A DNA stretch of 64,000 nucleotides, taken from positions 23,066,001 to 23,130,000 of the forward strand of contig NC_058383.1 in the NCBI RefSeq assembly GCF_018350175.1, in the 5' to 3' direction. Below the pieces are notes generated by a model. It ran no database searches. It was given only the letters and a program-made list of their open reading frames with translations, and was not told the origin of the DNA. A program made the position numbers and the translations under genes. This document shows positions 36,521-49,567 of this stretch, piece by piece (the stretch's first letter is position 1; every line of letters begins with the position of its first letter). Source of the DNA: Felis catus. Lineage: Eukaryota.

Positions 36521-38903
36521 TATGATTCCTTTGGCACCAACTTTGGCACACACCAGAATTCTAGGAAGAGGAAGGGGAAGAGTAGAAAGAGGAGGGGAGA
36601 AGAAGAAGGAAAGAGTGGGAGGATCTTCCCATGTCTTTGCCACCTTGGTGATCTGTGTTCGTCTCCTCTCGAGTACCACAAAAGTCTTCCTTGTGGCCAA
36701 GTCCGTCCTCTCCAGCATCACCACCAAACACTTCTTTAGTTCCACACACCTCTGATTGACAGCATGTATCACAGTTGTGATTTTCACACACCCCTTTGGC
36801 TCCTGTTTCACCCTCAGGTTGGCTCTCAGCTGCCTCAGGTTCTCAGGTCGTTGTCCAAATCCTGCCAGGGCCAGGGGATGTTATTCCTTGACCCCCTTGT
36901 CTCCCTGCCATTAGGAAGCAATGATCTGAGGTCAGACTCTGTGCCCTGTTTCTTGGATCAAAATATGGCCCTGATGGAGGCTTTCATTTTCTCTGTAGAT
37001 TCCATTTGGCGACCTAGCCTTTGAAGATTTGTTCATTCATTCAACACATATTTATTGAACACCTACTGTGCGTCGGCCACAGTGTGCCCATCACTGGGAC
37101 AGAGTGTTGAGCAAACCCAATGTGCTCTTTGCTTTCATGCGGCTTGCAGTCAAGTGGGAAGAAAGCATTAACTGAATAACTTCATTGGATTCGCATTATT
37201 CATAGAGAAACATTTGTATTTTTCTACTTTGCTCAGGTCTATCAGAAGAATGAGAGCAATATTACCCATGAGTGGCTTTTTTTCCCCTGGAAATGAAGAG
37301 AAATCTAGTGTCATTTTGGTTTTTGTGATTTAGACTTTTCCTCTCATAAGGCAAGCAAAGGAATAAGCTGGAGAAAAGGATTTTTACAGAACAGATAACA
37401 ATTTAAAGCTGTGTGTCTGACTCTTTCTCTCTTCCAGTATCTTTCTGAAGTGTCCTGGCTTAAACCAAAGGGAAAGCTCTATACCACTCCTACAAATAAA
37501 AGCATCGTCCCTTCACACTTGAGACGTCAAGACAGCGAGAGAGGAGAGCTCAGTGTGGGGGTAGGGTTGTACCCCCCAAAACCCGTGACCTTGAGAAGGT
37601 ATTGCCAAAAGCGATGGAAGGATTCCCCCACTTCCAACCTCCCTAAACCCCATAACATCTGTGGAATCAGTGAGAGGATAGAGAAAAGGGCCAGGGAATA
37701 CAGGACGATCCAAGGGACAAGTCCTGAGATCTAGGAGGGTGTGTGTGGGTGGGTCCTTCAGTGCTGCCTGGAGCCTGCATTCACAACCTGTAGGGGTGGA
37801 GGGGGGACCTTGTTGTGTGTGATCAGTACCTGCCAGGTAGCCCCTTGGGGAAGGGGTTATTGTGGAGGCGAGAGGAATAACTAAATGCATAAATAAGAGA
37901 AGGAACTTTCAATCATTTATGAAAGAAGGCTTTTCACAGACTGAATATGATAATATGCCATAAACCAAGGGGAGTGTTTACCTCAACTTTCTGCAACTGA
38001 GGTCAGTGAGACAATCTAATGATCAAACAAGGTAGAATTTTACTTCTCCTTTTCATCTCACAGTCCATCAACATGAGGAGTCTTTATGAAGCTCACTTTC
38101 AGCTCCTGGCATTGAACTACCTTCACCTATTTCTGAGAAAAGTCTCTGGACACGTGCAGGAATTCCTCAGAGTGCAAGAGGGGGAGTATCCTCAGGACTC
38201 AGAGCAGGGGCCACATGGTGAAGCCCTGGGCTGCTGTGAGATTCTGGGGGAGGGATAATGGAAACACAAGCAGGGTCCTATGGAAAGGTATCATCAGAGA
38301 GGCAAAAGGAATTTTGGAGATAGAAAGCATGATTTTAAAAAATGGGATAGCATCATCAGATGAATAAATTAAAAGGCTTTATCAACAAATTCCTCTAGAA
38401 TTTGGTTAAAAAGGACAAAAATCATAAAATCCAAGATATGAAACTAGATCAAATTATTCAATACTTATGTAAAAGGAGTTCCAGAAATACATAATGAAGT
38501 AGATGGAGGGGAAGAAATAATCAAAGAAAAGAAGAAAATTTGCTTGACCTGAATACTTAAATTTTCATATCAAAAAGACTTCCTGATTTATGCTTAGGAT
38601 TAATTGGGGAAAAAAAAAAGTTCTGCACTTGGAGATGTTTTGTGGATTTTTATAAATTCTATGTATAAAAAGATATTAAAACTCAGGGAAAAGAAGAGCA
38701 AACTAAACTGAAAGCAAGCAGAAAGAAATAATAAAGGTTACAGCAGAAATTAGTAAAACAGAGACTAGAGAAATAATGGAGAAAAATCAACAAAACCAAA
38801 AGTTGGTATTTTGAATGAGTCAACAAAACTAGCAAATCTTTAGTTAGACTAATCAAGAAAAAAAGATTCAAATTACTAAAATCAAGAATGAAAAAGAGGA
38901 CAT

Positions 38904-39428
38904 TGTGAGGTTATGATTGATTATAAGAAATATGTATTTGGTCTTCATCAGGTTCCTGGCACAGAGCTCCCAAAACCTTTAGAATTTCCTAATGTGAAAG
39001 GAGTGTCTTTTGTTATTCATGAGAAGCCCCTTCAACCACACCTGAGTTTACTTTAATGAAGTGATTTTGGGAAAGCCCCTGAGGAAGGAGTGGGTTGTTG
39101 GTTGCTAGGGGAACCACCTATGCTTAGAGATTTGGAAATTTCAGCCACACCTCCAACTTTCAGAGACCAGAGAGGGTTGAGTTAATTACCAATGGCCAAT
39201 GCTTAATCAATCATGCCTACTTAATGAAGCCTCCATAAAAATCCTTATTAAAGTACAGTGGTTGGGGGTGCCTGGGTGGCTCAGTCAGTTAAGTGTCTTA
39301 CTTCAGCTCAGGTCATGATCTCGCGGTTCATGGGTTGGAGCCCCGTGTCGGGCTTTGTGCTGACAGCTCGGAGCCTGGAATCTGCTTCAGATTCTGTGTC
39401 CCCCTCTCCTTTGCCCCTCTCCTGCTCA

Positions 39429-39468
<40 letters not shown>

Positions 39469-40034
39469 AATAAACATTCAAAAAAATTTTTTAAATAATA
39501 AAGTACGGTGCTTGGAGAGCTTTCCAAGCTGGTTGGTGAAGACAGAGGTGCTGGGAGGATGATGTGCTTGGAGAGGGCATGAAAGCTCCTTGCCTCTTCC
39601 TACATAGCTTTGCCCGATCCATCTCTGCCCATTGGCTGTTCCTGAGTTGTATCCTTTGGTAATAAACTGGTTATCTAGTAAATAAACTGTTTGCTGAATT
39701 GTGTGAGCCACTGTAGCAAATTATCAGACCTTCCGAGGGGGTTGTGGGAACCTCTGATTTATAGTCAGTCGGCCAGAAGAATAGGTAACAAAATGGACGT
39801 GCATTTGGTATCTGAAGTAGAGGCGAGGGACAGCCTTAACCTCTGCAGCCTGTACTAACACCAGGTAGACAGTGTCAGAGCTGTGAAATTATAGGGCATC
39901 CCACTGGTATGCACAGAGAACTAGAGGATTACTTGGTGTGGGGAAAACTCTCCCTCATTTGGGTGTTACATGTGAAGTATTGAGAATAGTAGTAAAAGGT
40001 TTGGGAAGAGAAACTGAGTTTTTTCCTTCTTACA
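38904..40034 (+). mobile_element. Solo LTR, MER21/MER77-like, inserted in L1
   Basis: TG...CA termini, 4-bp TSD acat/atat, internal AATAAA at ~39661. The L1 sequence resumes across it (gaggacat|tgctaccaacc). Confidence 0.85.
39266..39498 (+). mobile_element. CAN-SINE inserted in the LTR
   Basis: TSD taaagtac(a/g)gtg(g/c)ttgg at 39249 and 39499. Confidence 0.95.
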
Positions 40035-41050
40035 ATATTGCTACCAACCTTACAGAAATAAAAAAGATTATGAGGGAATCCTATGAACACTGTAGCCAGT
40101 GAATTAGACAACTTAGGCAAAATGGACAAATTCCTAGAAAGATAGAATGTACCAAAACTGACTCAAGAAGCAGTAAAACATCTGAATAGACTCTGAACAA
40201 GTAAAGAGATTTAGTAAAATTTTAAAAATTATCCACAAAGAAAAGCTCAGGCCTAGATGTCATTGGTTAATTCTACCAAACGTTTAAAGAAGAATTAATA
40301 CCAGCCCTTTCCAAAAAGCAAAGGAGGAGGGAACACTTTGCAATTCATCCAATGAGGCTAATATTACCCTGATAGTCAAACAAATTAAAGACATCACAAG
40401 AAAAGGAAACTAGGGACTAGTGCCTCATGAATATGGATGCAAAAATCCTCAACAAAAACTAGTATATAAATGATTACACACTGTGGCCAAGTGGGATTTA
40501 TCCAAGCAATGCAAGGTTGGTTGAATATTTCAAAGTCAATTAATTTAATATACTATATGAATGAAGGACAAAAGCCACATGATCATTTCAATAGATGCTA
40601 ACATCTCTGCATTATAAAAATACTCAACAAACTAGAAATAGAAGTATATTTCCTCAATCTCATAGAAAAAGGACATCTATGAAAACTCTACAGCTAACAT
40701 TATACTTACTGGTGAAAGTGTTTTCTCCCTTTCATCCTTTTCAAGAAGGATGTCTACTCTCTCCACTTCTATTCAACATTGTACTGAAGGTTCTAGCCAG
40801 GGCAGTCAGGCTAGAAAATGGAATAAAAGGCATCCAGATTGGAAGGAAGAAGTCAAATTATCTCTAATTGCAGATGACATGATCTTGTCTGTAGAAATCC
40901 TAAAGAATCCACTAAATCCACTAAAAGATGATTAGAACTAATAAATGAGTTCCGTGAGGTTGCAGCATACAAGATCAATATCCAAAAATCAATTGCATTG
41001 TTATACACTAGTAATGAACAAACTGGAAATGAAATTAAGAAAACAATTCT

Positions 41051-41255
41051 GGGCCACCTGGGTGGCTTAGTTGGTTAAGCATCCGACTTGATTTCAGCTC
41101 AGGTCATGATCTCATGGTTCTTGAGTTCAAGCCCTGCGTTGGGCTCTGCACAGACAATGCTAAGCCTGCTTGGGATTCTTTCTCTCTGCATTCCTCCCAC
41201 TCACGCACTCTCACTCTCAAAATAAATTAATAAACCTAACCCCCCCCCCAAAAAA
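41051..41255 (+). mobile_element. CAN-SINE in L1
   Basis: gggccacctgggtggcttagttggttaag head. TSD aaaacaatt. Confidence 0.92.
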
Positions 41256-42027
41256 AAACAATTGCATTTGCAACAGCATCAAAATACTAATTACATTTAA
41301 CTAAAACAGAGATTCAAAACTTGTACACTAAAACTATAAAACATTATTGAAAGAAATTAAACAATATTTAAATAAACAGACTCCTGGATTGGAAGACGAT
41401 GTTGTTAAGATGGCAGCACTTCTCCAATTGATCTACAGCTTCAATGAAATCTTTATCAAAACCACAGCTGGCTTCTTTGCAGAAACTGACAGGCTGATGC
41501 TAAAATTCATATGGGAATTTATGGAACCCAAAATAGCCAAAGCAGATCTTTAAAGAGAAGGACAGAGTTGGAGAACTCACCCTTCCTGACTTAAAAACTT
41601 CTTAGAAAGCTACAGTAATCGAGATAGTGTAGTATTAGTGTAAGGAAAGACATATTGGTTAATGGGATAGAATTGAAAATCTAGAAATGTACCATCATAT
41701 TTATAGCCAATTGATTTTCAACAAAGGCATCAAGACAACCCAATGGGAGAAAGAACAGTCTTTTCAACAGTGTGGGGACAACTGTATATTGCATGCAAAA
41801 GAATGAAGTTGAACGTTGAAGTTGAAAGAATGAAGTTGAACTTCTACCTCACACCATATGTAAAAATTAACTCAAAATGGATCAAAGACCTAAATGTTAA
41901 GTGCTAAAACTATTAAATTCTTAGAAGAAAACATAGATGTAACTCTTTGTGGCCTTGACACCAAAAACACAGCAGAAGGAAAAAAACAGGTAATTGACAT
42001 TATCAAAATTTAAAAATTTTGTGCTTT

Positions 42028-42220
42028 GGGGTGCCTGGCTGGCTCAGTTAAGCATTTCTTGATTTCGGTTCAGGTCATGATCCCACAGTTCGTGAGATCA
42101 AGCCCCACGTCAGGCTCTATGCTGACAGCATGGAGCCTGCTTGGGATTCTCTCCCTCTGTCTCTGCTCCTGCCCCCACTCATGCACTCTCTCTCTCTCTC
42201 TCAAAATAAGTAAACATTAA
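42028..42220 (+). mobile_element. CAN-SINE in L1
   Basis: TSD aaaaatttt(t)gtgcttt. Confidence 0.92.
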
Positions 42221-42390
42221 AAAATTTTTGTGCTTTAAAGAACATAGTTGAAAAGTGAAAAGACAACCCATAGAATGGAGATAATTTTTGCAAATCATAT
42301 TTCTGACAAGAAACTTGTACTAATATAGATACAGAACTCTTACAACTCAAAAACGCAAAAACAAATAACTCAATTTAAGAATGGGCAAAA

Positions 42391-42552
42391 GGGATGCCTG
42401 GGTGGCTCAGTCAGTTAAACGTCCAACTTTGGCTCGGTCGTGATTTCACGGTTTGTGGGCTCAAGCCTCACATCTGTCTCTGTGCTAACAGCTCAAAGCC
42501 TGGACCCTGCTTTAGCTTCTGTGTCTCTCTCTATCTCTGCCCCTCCCTCCCT

Positions 42553-42590
<38 letters not shown>

Positions 42591-42628
42591 CTCTCAAAAA
42601 TAAATAAAACATTTTTTAAAAAATTGAA
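42391..42628 (+). mobile_element. CAN-SINE in L1
   Basis: gggatgcctgggtggctcagtcagttaa head. TSD tgggcaaaa. Confidence 0.92.
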
Positions 42629-43734
42629 AAAGTGGGCAAAAAACTCAGTCTAAGAAGATACACCCATGGCCAATAAACATGTGAAAAGATGTCGACATTG
42701 TTAGTCATCAGGGAAATGCAAATCCAACCCTCAACAGGATACCACTTTACACTTACTAGAATGGCTAAAATAAAAAAGACAGATGAAGCATTGGAGAGGA
42801 TAGGAGAAATAGGAATGTGATACGCTGTTGGTAGAAATGTAAAAGGGTGCAGCCACTTTGGAAAACAGCCTGGAAGTTCCTCAAAAAGTTAAACATCCAG
42901 TAATTTCACTCACAAGTATATACCCCCAAAGAATCAAAAACAGGTGTTCAAACAAAAACTTGTACATGAATATTTGTAGCAGCATTATTCATCATAGAAA
43001 AAAAGGAAAAAAATGCAATGTCCAGTGAATGGATGAAGAAATGTGGTATACTCATACAGTGGAATAACTGGGAGTAAAAGAAATGAAGTACCAATGTGTG
43101 CTACAACATGGACGAACTGTGAGAACATGCTAAGTGGACGAAGCTCATCTTGAAAGACCCCCTAATGTATGTATCATTCCATGTATATGAAATGTCCAGA
43201 AGAGGTAAATCCGTGGAAACAGAAAAGAGATTAATGGTTGCCTAGGGCTGTGGGCAGAAGTGGGATGGAGGAGGGGCAAGAAGGGTTGGGGGAGGTTGGG
43301 ATGAAATAAGGAGTACTCCTAAGAGGATATAGAGTTTCTTGTTGGAGTGATGAAAATATCCTAAAATAGATTGTGGTGATAGTTGCTCAACTCTGCAAAT
43401 ATACTAAAAACTATGTACATTTTAAATTGGTAAATTATATGGTATGTGAATTATAGTTTCAATAAAGCTGTTATAAAAATAACAGTGGTGAATCACTGAT
43501 ACCAGTGAAAATTAGAGTTGGCTAAGTAATTGTTAGTGTGGTTGTTGCACCTATAATAATTGAGAAAAATATGTTTTGGGAAAAAATAGATTCTTTGTGC
43601 AACGATTATCAACATTTTGACAATCTTACTTTGTCTCCTAGCATATATTTGAACACCTTTGATAATCTGGGACCATATAAATTCTTTTACATATTTAGAA
43701 TACATATTTAGCATTCTTTTCAGCTGTCCACAGA

Positions 43735-44650
43735 TGAGTAGGAAAAGCACACTCTTCTTGTGACTTTCTCCTTTACTCTCACACAACTACCACACTCACA
43801 ACACTTCTAACACCAGATGTGTTGTGTTCCCCTCCCGCCCCCTGGTACCAAGCAATTCTCCATGATACCAGCTGGGTATCTTACAATTCAATTCAATTCT
43901 GACCCTAACAGGAGTAGCACAGAACCCATAGGTTAAGGGCCCAGTCCCACAAGACTGCCTCCCACTTCAGATGCCATTTCCAAGTGGTAGGTCCTCAGAT
44001 TACCCACAATTTCTGTTGACTTGGTTGCTAGTCAGAGGTTCCCAGGACCACCACCACCCCCTTTTTGAATTCAGTTACTTGCTAGAACAGCTCATAGGAC
44101 TGAGAGAAACACTGATTTACATTGACAAAGATGATGTGTGATAGAGCATACAGAGGACTGTCCAGATGAAGAGATACATAGGGCAAGTTCTGGGAGGGTT
44201 CACCAGCCCTGTTCACCAACATGGAAGTTCTCCAAACCCTGTGCTATTGGATTTTTATGGAGACTTCATCACGTTGGCATGAACAACTATTGACTCGTTT
44301 TCATCCCTCTTTCCTCTATGGAGAATGGTCAGAGGGGCAAGGCACAGAGAGAGGTGGTAGGGCTGAAAATCCCAAGCTTCTAATCACGGTCTTTCTAGTA
44401 ACCAGCCCCCATCCAGGGGCCACCCATTAGCCCATCCAGAGTTTTCTCATTAGAACAAAAGGCACTGCTATCACCCAGGAAATTCCAGGGAATTTAGGAA
44501 CTGTGTCAGGAACTGGGATCAAATATCAAATATTGGAACAAAAGAAGCTCTTAGTGCTCTGATCAGTTAGGAAATTACAAGGCTTTTGGAAGTTCTGTGC
44601 AGGAACTGGGGGCAGATACCAATGAACATATTCTCTATAATTTCATAACA
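43735..44650 (-). mobile_element. Second MER21/MER77-like solo LTR, reverse orientation
   Basis: Its reverse complement begins tgttatgaaattatagagaatatgttcattggt...cagttcctgcacagaacttccaaaagcc, homologous to the start of the 38904 LTR. Confidence 0.85.
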
Positions 44651-44719
44651 ATACTTCTAATGGATTATTACTCACTGAAGATGGGAATTGTCTTGTTTAC
44701 ATGCTGAATTCTTTTATGA

Positions 44720-45060
44720 CTCAGAAATGCTTTCAGATGCAAGTAACAAGAAACCCAACCACAGTGGTTTATACAAACACGAGGCTACCTTTTTCTTCAT
44801 ATGAGAAATCTGTGAGTAGGCAGCTGCTGACATTGGTTCAGATGCTCAACAATGTCAAGGCAAATGTTTCTGGCATTCTCTTGGCCTTTATCAACATTAG
44901 CACTCAAGACAGGAAGAAGGAGGAAGAAGACCAGGCAGCACCAACATCAGAAAAACAAAAGCTTACAAAAGAAGAAAAAAAAAAAGCTTTCCTAGGAACC
45001 TCACCAACTTCCACTTACATCTGGGTCACATGGCCTCCTCTGGCTGGAAAGTGGATGATA
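44720..45060 (-). mobile_element. Old MLT1 (MaLR) LTR fragment
   Basis: ctttcagatgcaagtaacaagaaacccaacc...ggtttatacaaac resembles an antisense MLT1 end. Confidence 0.55.
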
Positions 45061-45194
45061 ACAGGAGGGTCAGGGATGAGAAGGGGAGGCAGGACATCAA
45101 CTGACAATATCTGCTAGGATTCCAAAGTCTATGACAAATTTTGGTATATAGTAGGAGGTGTCTCCACAGTCCTTTATAAGTATCTATTGAATGC

Positions 45195-45504
45195 ATATGA
45201 TAGAATGTTTATTCACAAATACTCAGTCCTCCTCCCTTGGGAGGTTAAGACATCCATGCTGTGTGGAACCTTAGCATCTAAACTTCCTTCAGCCAATGAA
45301 ATGAACACAGAAGTGGCTTTAAGAGCCAGGTTCTCTTTTCTTTGCCCCTGTGATCATGGAAGCAGGTGTCAAAGTGGAGCCTCTATCAGCTCCAGTCCTT
45401 AAATGGATATGATGAGAAGAACACCCAGCTTACCCATGTTAGTTAAGACACTGAGAATATTTAGTTGTTATTGCAGCTTAACCTAACCCATCCTGACTGA
45501 TACA
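45195..45504 (+). mobile_element. MLT1 (MaLR) LTR
   Basis: cagccaatgaaatgaacacagaagtggc...gttattgcagcttaacctaacccatcctgactgataca. Confidence 0.75.
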
Positions 45505-45539
45505 ATGTACGTACCCAGGCAAAGAAATCCACAACCAAT

Positions 45540-46150
45540 CCCCAAATTAAAATTTTACAAACTCTATTTCCTGATCACATTAATAGCAAGACTGTGCCTA
45601 AATTAAGATAAATGATAACCATCTGGAAGTTAAACAAAATAAAAAATAGCTACTCTGTCAAAGTGGAAATCAATACTGAAAAGACAGACTAGACATTTAA
45701 GATGATGAGACCACTGTATAAAAATACATACGGGCATGGGACTAAAGTTATTCTTAGTAAAAATTCATAATCTAAAGCTGATACTGCTAAAATAAATATG
45801 CTTAAACATTGGAAGATTGAGAATAATTGGATGAAGAATTCAAACTAAGCTAGAAAATGAACAGCAAAATAAAAAGTGGAAGAAATTAATAAAGATACGA
45901 GCCTACATTAATCACAAAGCAAAAAGTCTGTGGAATTGATTAATCAAATCAAGGACCAGAACTTTGGAAGGATAAATCAAGTAGACAAGTCTCTGGGAAA
46001 TAGGATTCCCCTCACAGCAGGTAGAAAGAGATAGATACTCAACGTAAGGCATGAGAAACAGACAATATAAATTGGTACAATATTTCTGGTGGGCGGATTG
46101 ACACAACTGTCAAAATGTAAAATGTGCGTACCTTGAAAATTTGATGAATA
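45540..46150 (+). mobile_element. Ancient L1 (L1ME-like) fragments
   Basis: A-rich L1 ORF2-like strings, e.g. aaattaataaagatacgagc...ttaatcaaatcaaggaccagaactttggaaggataaatcaagtagacaa. Confidence 0.6.
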
Positions 46151-46809
46151 AATGTTAGGTTGAACTGACTGAGGTTCTCAAATGTCGAAGTCTCATGGAG
46201 AAATACTACTTTTTTGTAAGAAGTTTGAAACCCCAGACTTGGCGAACAGGGGATAAATGGAACTCCCCCCTCCAGAAGCCTTCGGAGAGGGATGTGCCTC
46301 AGTCATTGACCTTGGCCCCATGATTCTATGAATCAGTCCTATACAAAGGACATGGTCCTAGGTAGCCAACTTCCCCTCTTCTCCTTCTGGAAAATTGTCC
46401 TGGATCGTTCTGGGCTCTAACAGCCAAAACCATCCCCAGGCTCCCAGAGCATCCCCAGACTCAAGGGGTGTTCACAATGATGCTTCTCTACTCACTGAAC
46501 TGTCTTTATCTGATGCCTCCAGGGAAGCTCCTTGAGTCCCCTTGTCCCTTCTCATGCTGTGAAGCAGGGCCTTTTTGAACTCAGGTTCACATCCCCTCCT
46601 CCTCCATCATGTTGCCCTAGGCTTAAATCAGCACTTCTGGCTGGAAGGCTGGGGCTCATTCTGAGCTCTGGATCTCACTCTGCCTTTAGCATCGCCGTCT
46701 CCCATTGGAAGATTTCTTTATGCCCAGAATCCTAGAATGCAAAGTGCAGATATGTCCAGGCTTCTGGCCTAGAGTAGACTCTGGCCGTTGGGATTCGTGG
46801 CCAGAAATG

Positions 46810-47530
46810 AATGCCTGTTCATTCATTTATGCATGTTTACATTTATTTATGTACTCTAGTCACTCAAAAAAATATGTATTTGCACAACTAATTGGTGCTG
46901 GACATTTTTCTAGGCACTGACGATTCAGCAGTGAAAACAACAGAGGAAAATCCTTGCCCTCCTAGAGCTAATATCCCAGTAAGGTGGATCAATAGTAAAC
47001 AAAATAAGTAGGTGAACTAAAGTGTATGTCAGTAGTAAAGTCTACGGAGAAAAATAAGGCAGAGATGGAGGCTAGGGAGTATGTAAGGGGTAGAGGCCCC
47101 ATTGAATGATGACATTTGGATAAAAGTATGAGGGAGTGAACCCCGCAGGTTTCCAGGAGAGTTCTGTTCCAGTAGAGGGGATGGCAAGTGAAAAGCCCTA
47201 AAGAGGAAGCATGTGAAGAATATCTGAGGTAGGAGGTCAGTAGTGCTGGAGCTGAATAAGCAAAGAGTGAACACTAAGAGGCGAGGTTGGAACAGTGGGG
47301 TGGAGGCTGTGGTCAGAACCCTGGCTTTCTTCTAAGTGATCTGGGAGCCACTGGAGGGTCCTCAGATGGAGTGGGACATGAAAGACCTCTTGCTGCTGTG
47401 CTGGAAGCAGACTGTAGTGAAGCTGGGATAAACACAGGTCAGTCAAGAGGCTTCTGCAATGATCTGGTGATAGGAGAGGGTGGTGTGCACCTGGGTGATG
47501 GCACGGAGGTGACACCATAGGCAGTGAAAA
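46810..47530 (-). mobile_element. L2 fragment
   Basis: ttcattcatt...ttttctaggcactgacgattcagcagtgaaaa...ctgggagccactggaggg. Confidence 0.75.
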
Positions 47531-49567
47531 GGGGGTGTGTGAAGAAAGGTAACTGGAGTGGCTCCAACACCAGCCTTTAACACCCAGAGCCTGCACCCCC
47601 TCTAGGAATCCCAACAGGGTGACATGGTCTCTGGTAACTCCTCTTCAGCCACCTTCTTCCTCTCTGAGGACCTGCATGTGATCATGTCCAAAAGCTTGTT
47701 CCCCAGAACTCTGTGATTCTCCCTCCAGAGGGCTCTGTTCCTCACTGTTGGATGAAAAATGAATAGGATGAGAACACCAAGTGAGCATGGGCTCATCTGA
47801 ATTCTGCCTCAGCCCCCTTGCTCTCTTCAGTGACAGGAAAAAAACACCATGTAAGCTGCTCAGTGAAAAAACAATATTTAATTAGGGCTGAGAGAGTTAG
47901 ACAAGTAAACAATTAAATGTTCTATTATGATCAGTCTTTAGCCATTTAAGCTTCAGTTCAATAAGGAATCATTAGAAAGGTCTAATAGAAATGAAAATAT
48001 AAGTAGGGTAGTTTTGTGTTACATTTCAACCACGGCCTCAGCCTTGCAGATCTAAAGTCGGTTTGACCATGGCAGAGAAAGGCTCCCAGCCACAAGGGGA
48101 CTTACACAGACAGGAAGGAGGTGGAAGACAGGCATGTCTACCAACTGGCTGGGGTGGAAGCAGGAACCTTTCAGCTCAGAAGGTTTCATCCTGCACAACA
48201 GGAGCTTTTTCATTTTATTTTTAATGTCTGAGAAGCAACATGAGAATTCTGCCTGGGAGGCAGGCAGGAGAGGCAGCTTACAAGAAGCTTCTGGATGTCT
48301 TGTGAGATGCTGGATTGTAGAATAAATATGTCTAATAAAATCCCCCTGGTTACCCAGCTTGGAGGATTTGGAAATACCATTAGACTGTTTCTGGAAGGAA
48401 TTGCTTCACTGAAACTGGAAAAATACCTGCTCAGGACACCACAATCCCAGCAGAGGACTTTGGAATAAAGATACTATTCATCACTGAGGTCTGAGTCTTT
48501 GCAGCCAAGACACCGGCACATCCTTCTGGGGATATAGAGAGGCAAGCCCAGGTCACCTCTTCCTTGGATCATCTCGATGTCTTGTTCCTCTCAAGGAGTT
48601 CCCGTCTCTTCTCCAGAATGTCCAGAATCCCAGGGGACTTCCAGAGTAGAGGGTGCTCCAGAGCCCAGGTTGCCCATTAGAGGAGTCCTGCACTGGGCAG
48701 AAACGGCCAGCCCCTCGTACTGCCATACTTCTCAGTCTTGGCCAAGGACCAACCCACAAAAAGTACCTTGGTTCCAATCTAAGTACCTGGGAGGAGCTGC
48801 CAGATGGAGGCTGTCAGTGATTCCTGTTCTTGCCACGGCAGTTTGCTGCTTCTGAAGGGGAACCTGAGCGCTGTGTCTCTGGGTCTTCCACAAGCCCCCA
48901 GATCAAGCAGTAAATGTGAGAGAAGAGGCCAGGGAGGAAGAATTGCTGACCCTGGAGTAGGACCTCGGCCTGCCTCTAAACTGGGCCACACGGTTTCGAT
49001 TTGGGACAAAAGCCTTTCGGTACAAAGTGTGATTTTGCCTACAGTATTCTTTCTCTTGAGAACGCATGGTGACATTTAGCAGATGAATGAGAAGCCAGAG
49101 GCCCTGGCTTCTGGCCGGACTCAGCGTGGCTACTCCGTTTGAGGCGAATCGAATTCATTTTTCCCCCCATCGGCAAACTGTTAGTTATAGTTTGGCTTCC
49201 CATGTGGCTTTCTCTCCAGTAAAGATGGTGCTGGCCATTGGGCTTGAATGAACAATTGTATTTCTCATTGTACATGAATGCTTTGAAATTACACCTTCCA
49301 TGCCAGCCTTTACTTCGGTAAGTCCACCTCAGAAATGGGTCCGATGTCAGAGTCTGGACAGTATTTAAGCCCAATAAACTGAGAACTGTATTGTGAACAG
49401 AAAAAGCAATTGCCACCCTAGAAGGCTTTTGGGAACTTAATAAGGCCACCTTCCTTAGAAATTCCCCTAACCCGTCAAGCTCTTCTTTGGACCTTCTGTA
49501 TTACAAATGTTTGAGAAGGTTCTCTGGGTGGATGACAATCAACAGATCCTGTAAAGTGTAAAAGACC

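Larger units (their letters stand above)
38300..43480 (+). mobile_element. Degraded L1 (L1MB-like; ORF2 and 3' UTR) interrupted by an LTR and four SINEs
   Basis: ORF2 remnants such as [36 protein letters not shown] and GFFAETDRLMLKFIW, with many stops. L1MB-type end ...tgtgaattatagtttcaataaagctgtt. Confidence 0.92.

Noticed and set aside
36515..36811. 98-aa minus-strand ORF as a processed pseudogene
   Set aside because: No recognisable parent, poly(A) or TSD. The nucleotide strings look more like decayed L2.
40595..41553. Reverse-transcriptase-like ORF fragments as an active element
   Set aside because: Old L1 ORF2 with frameshifts, stops and nested insertions. The catalytic motif survives only as IADD.
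44701..45117. 138-aa ORF
   Set aside because: Coincides with an old MLT1 fragment and an A-rich tract, with no domain signal.
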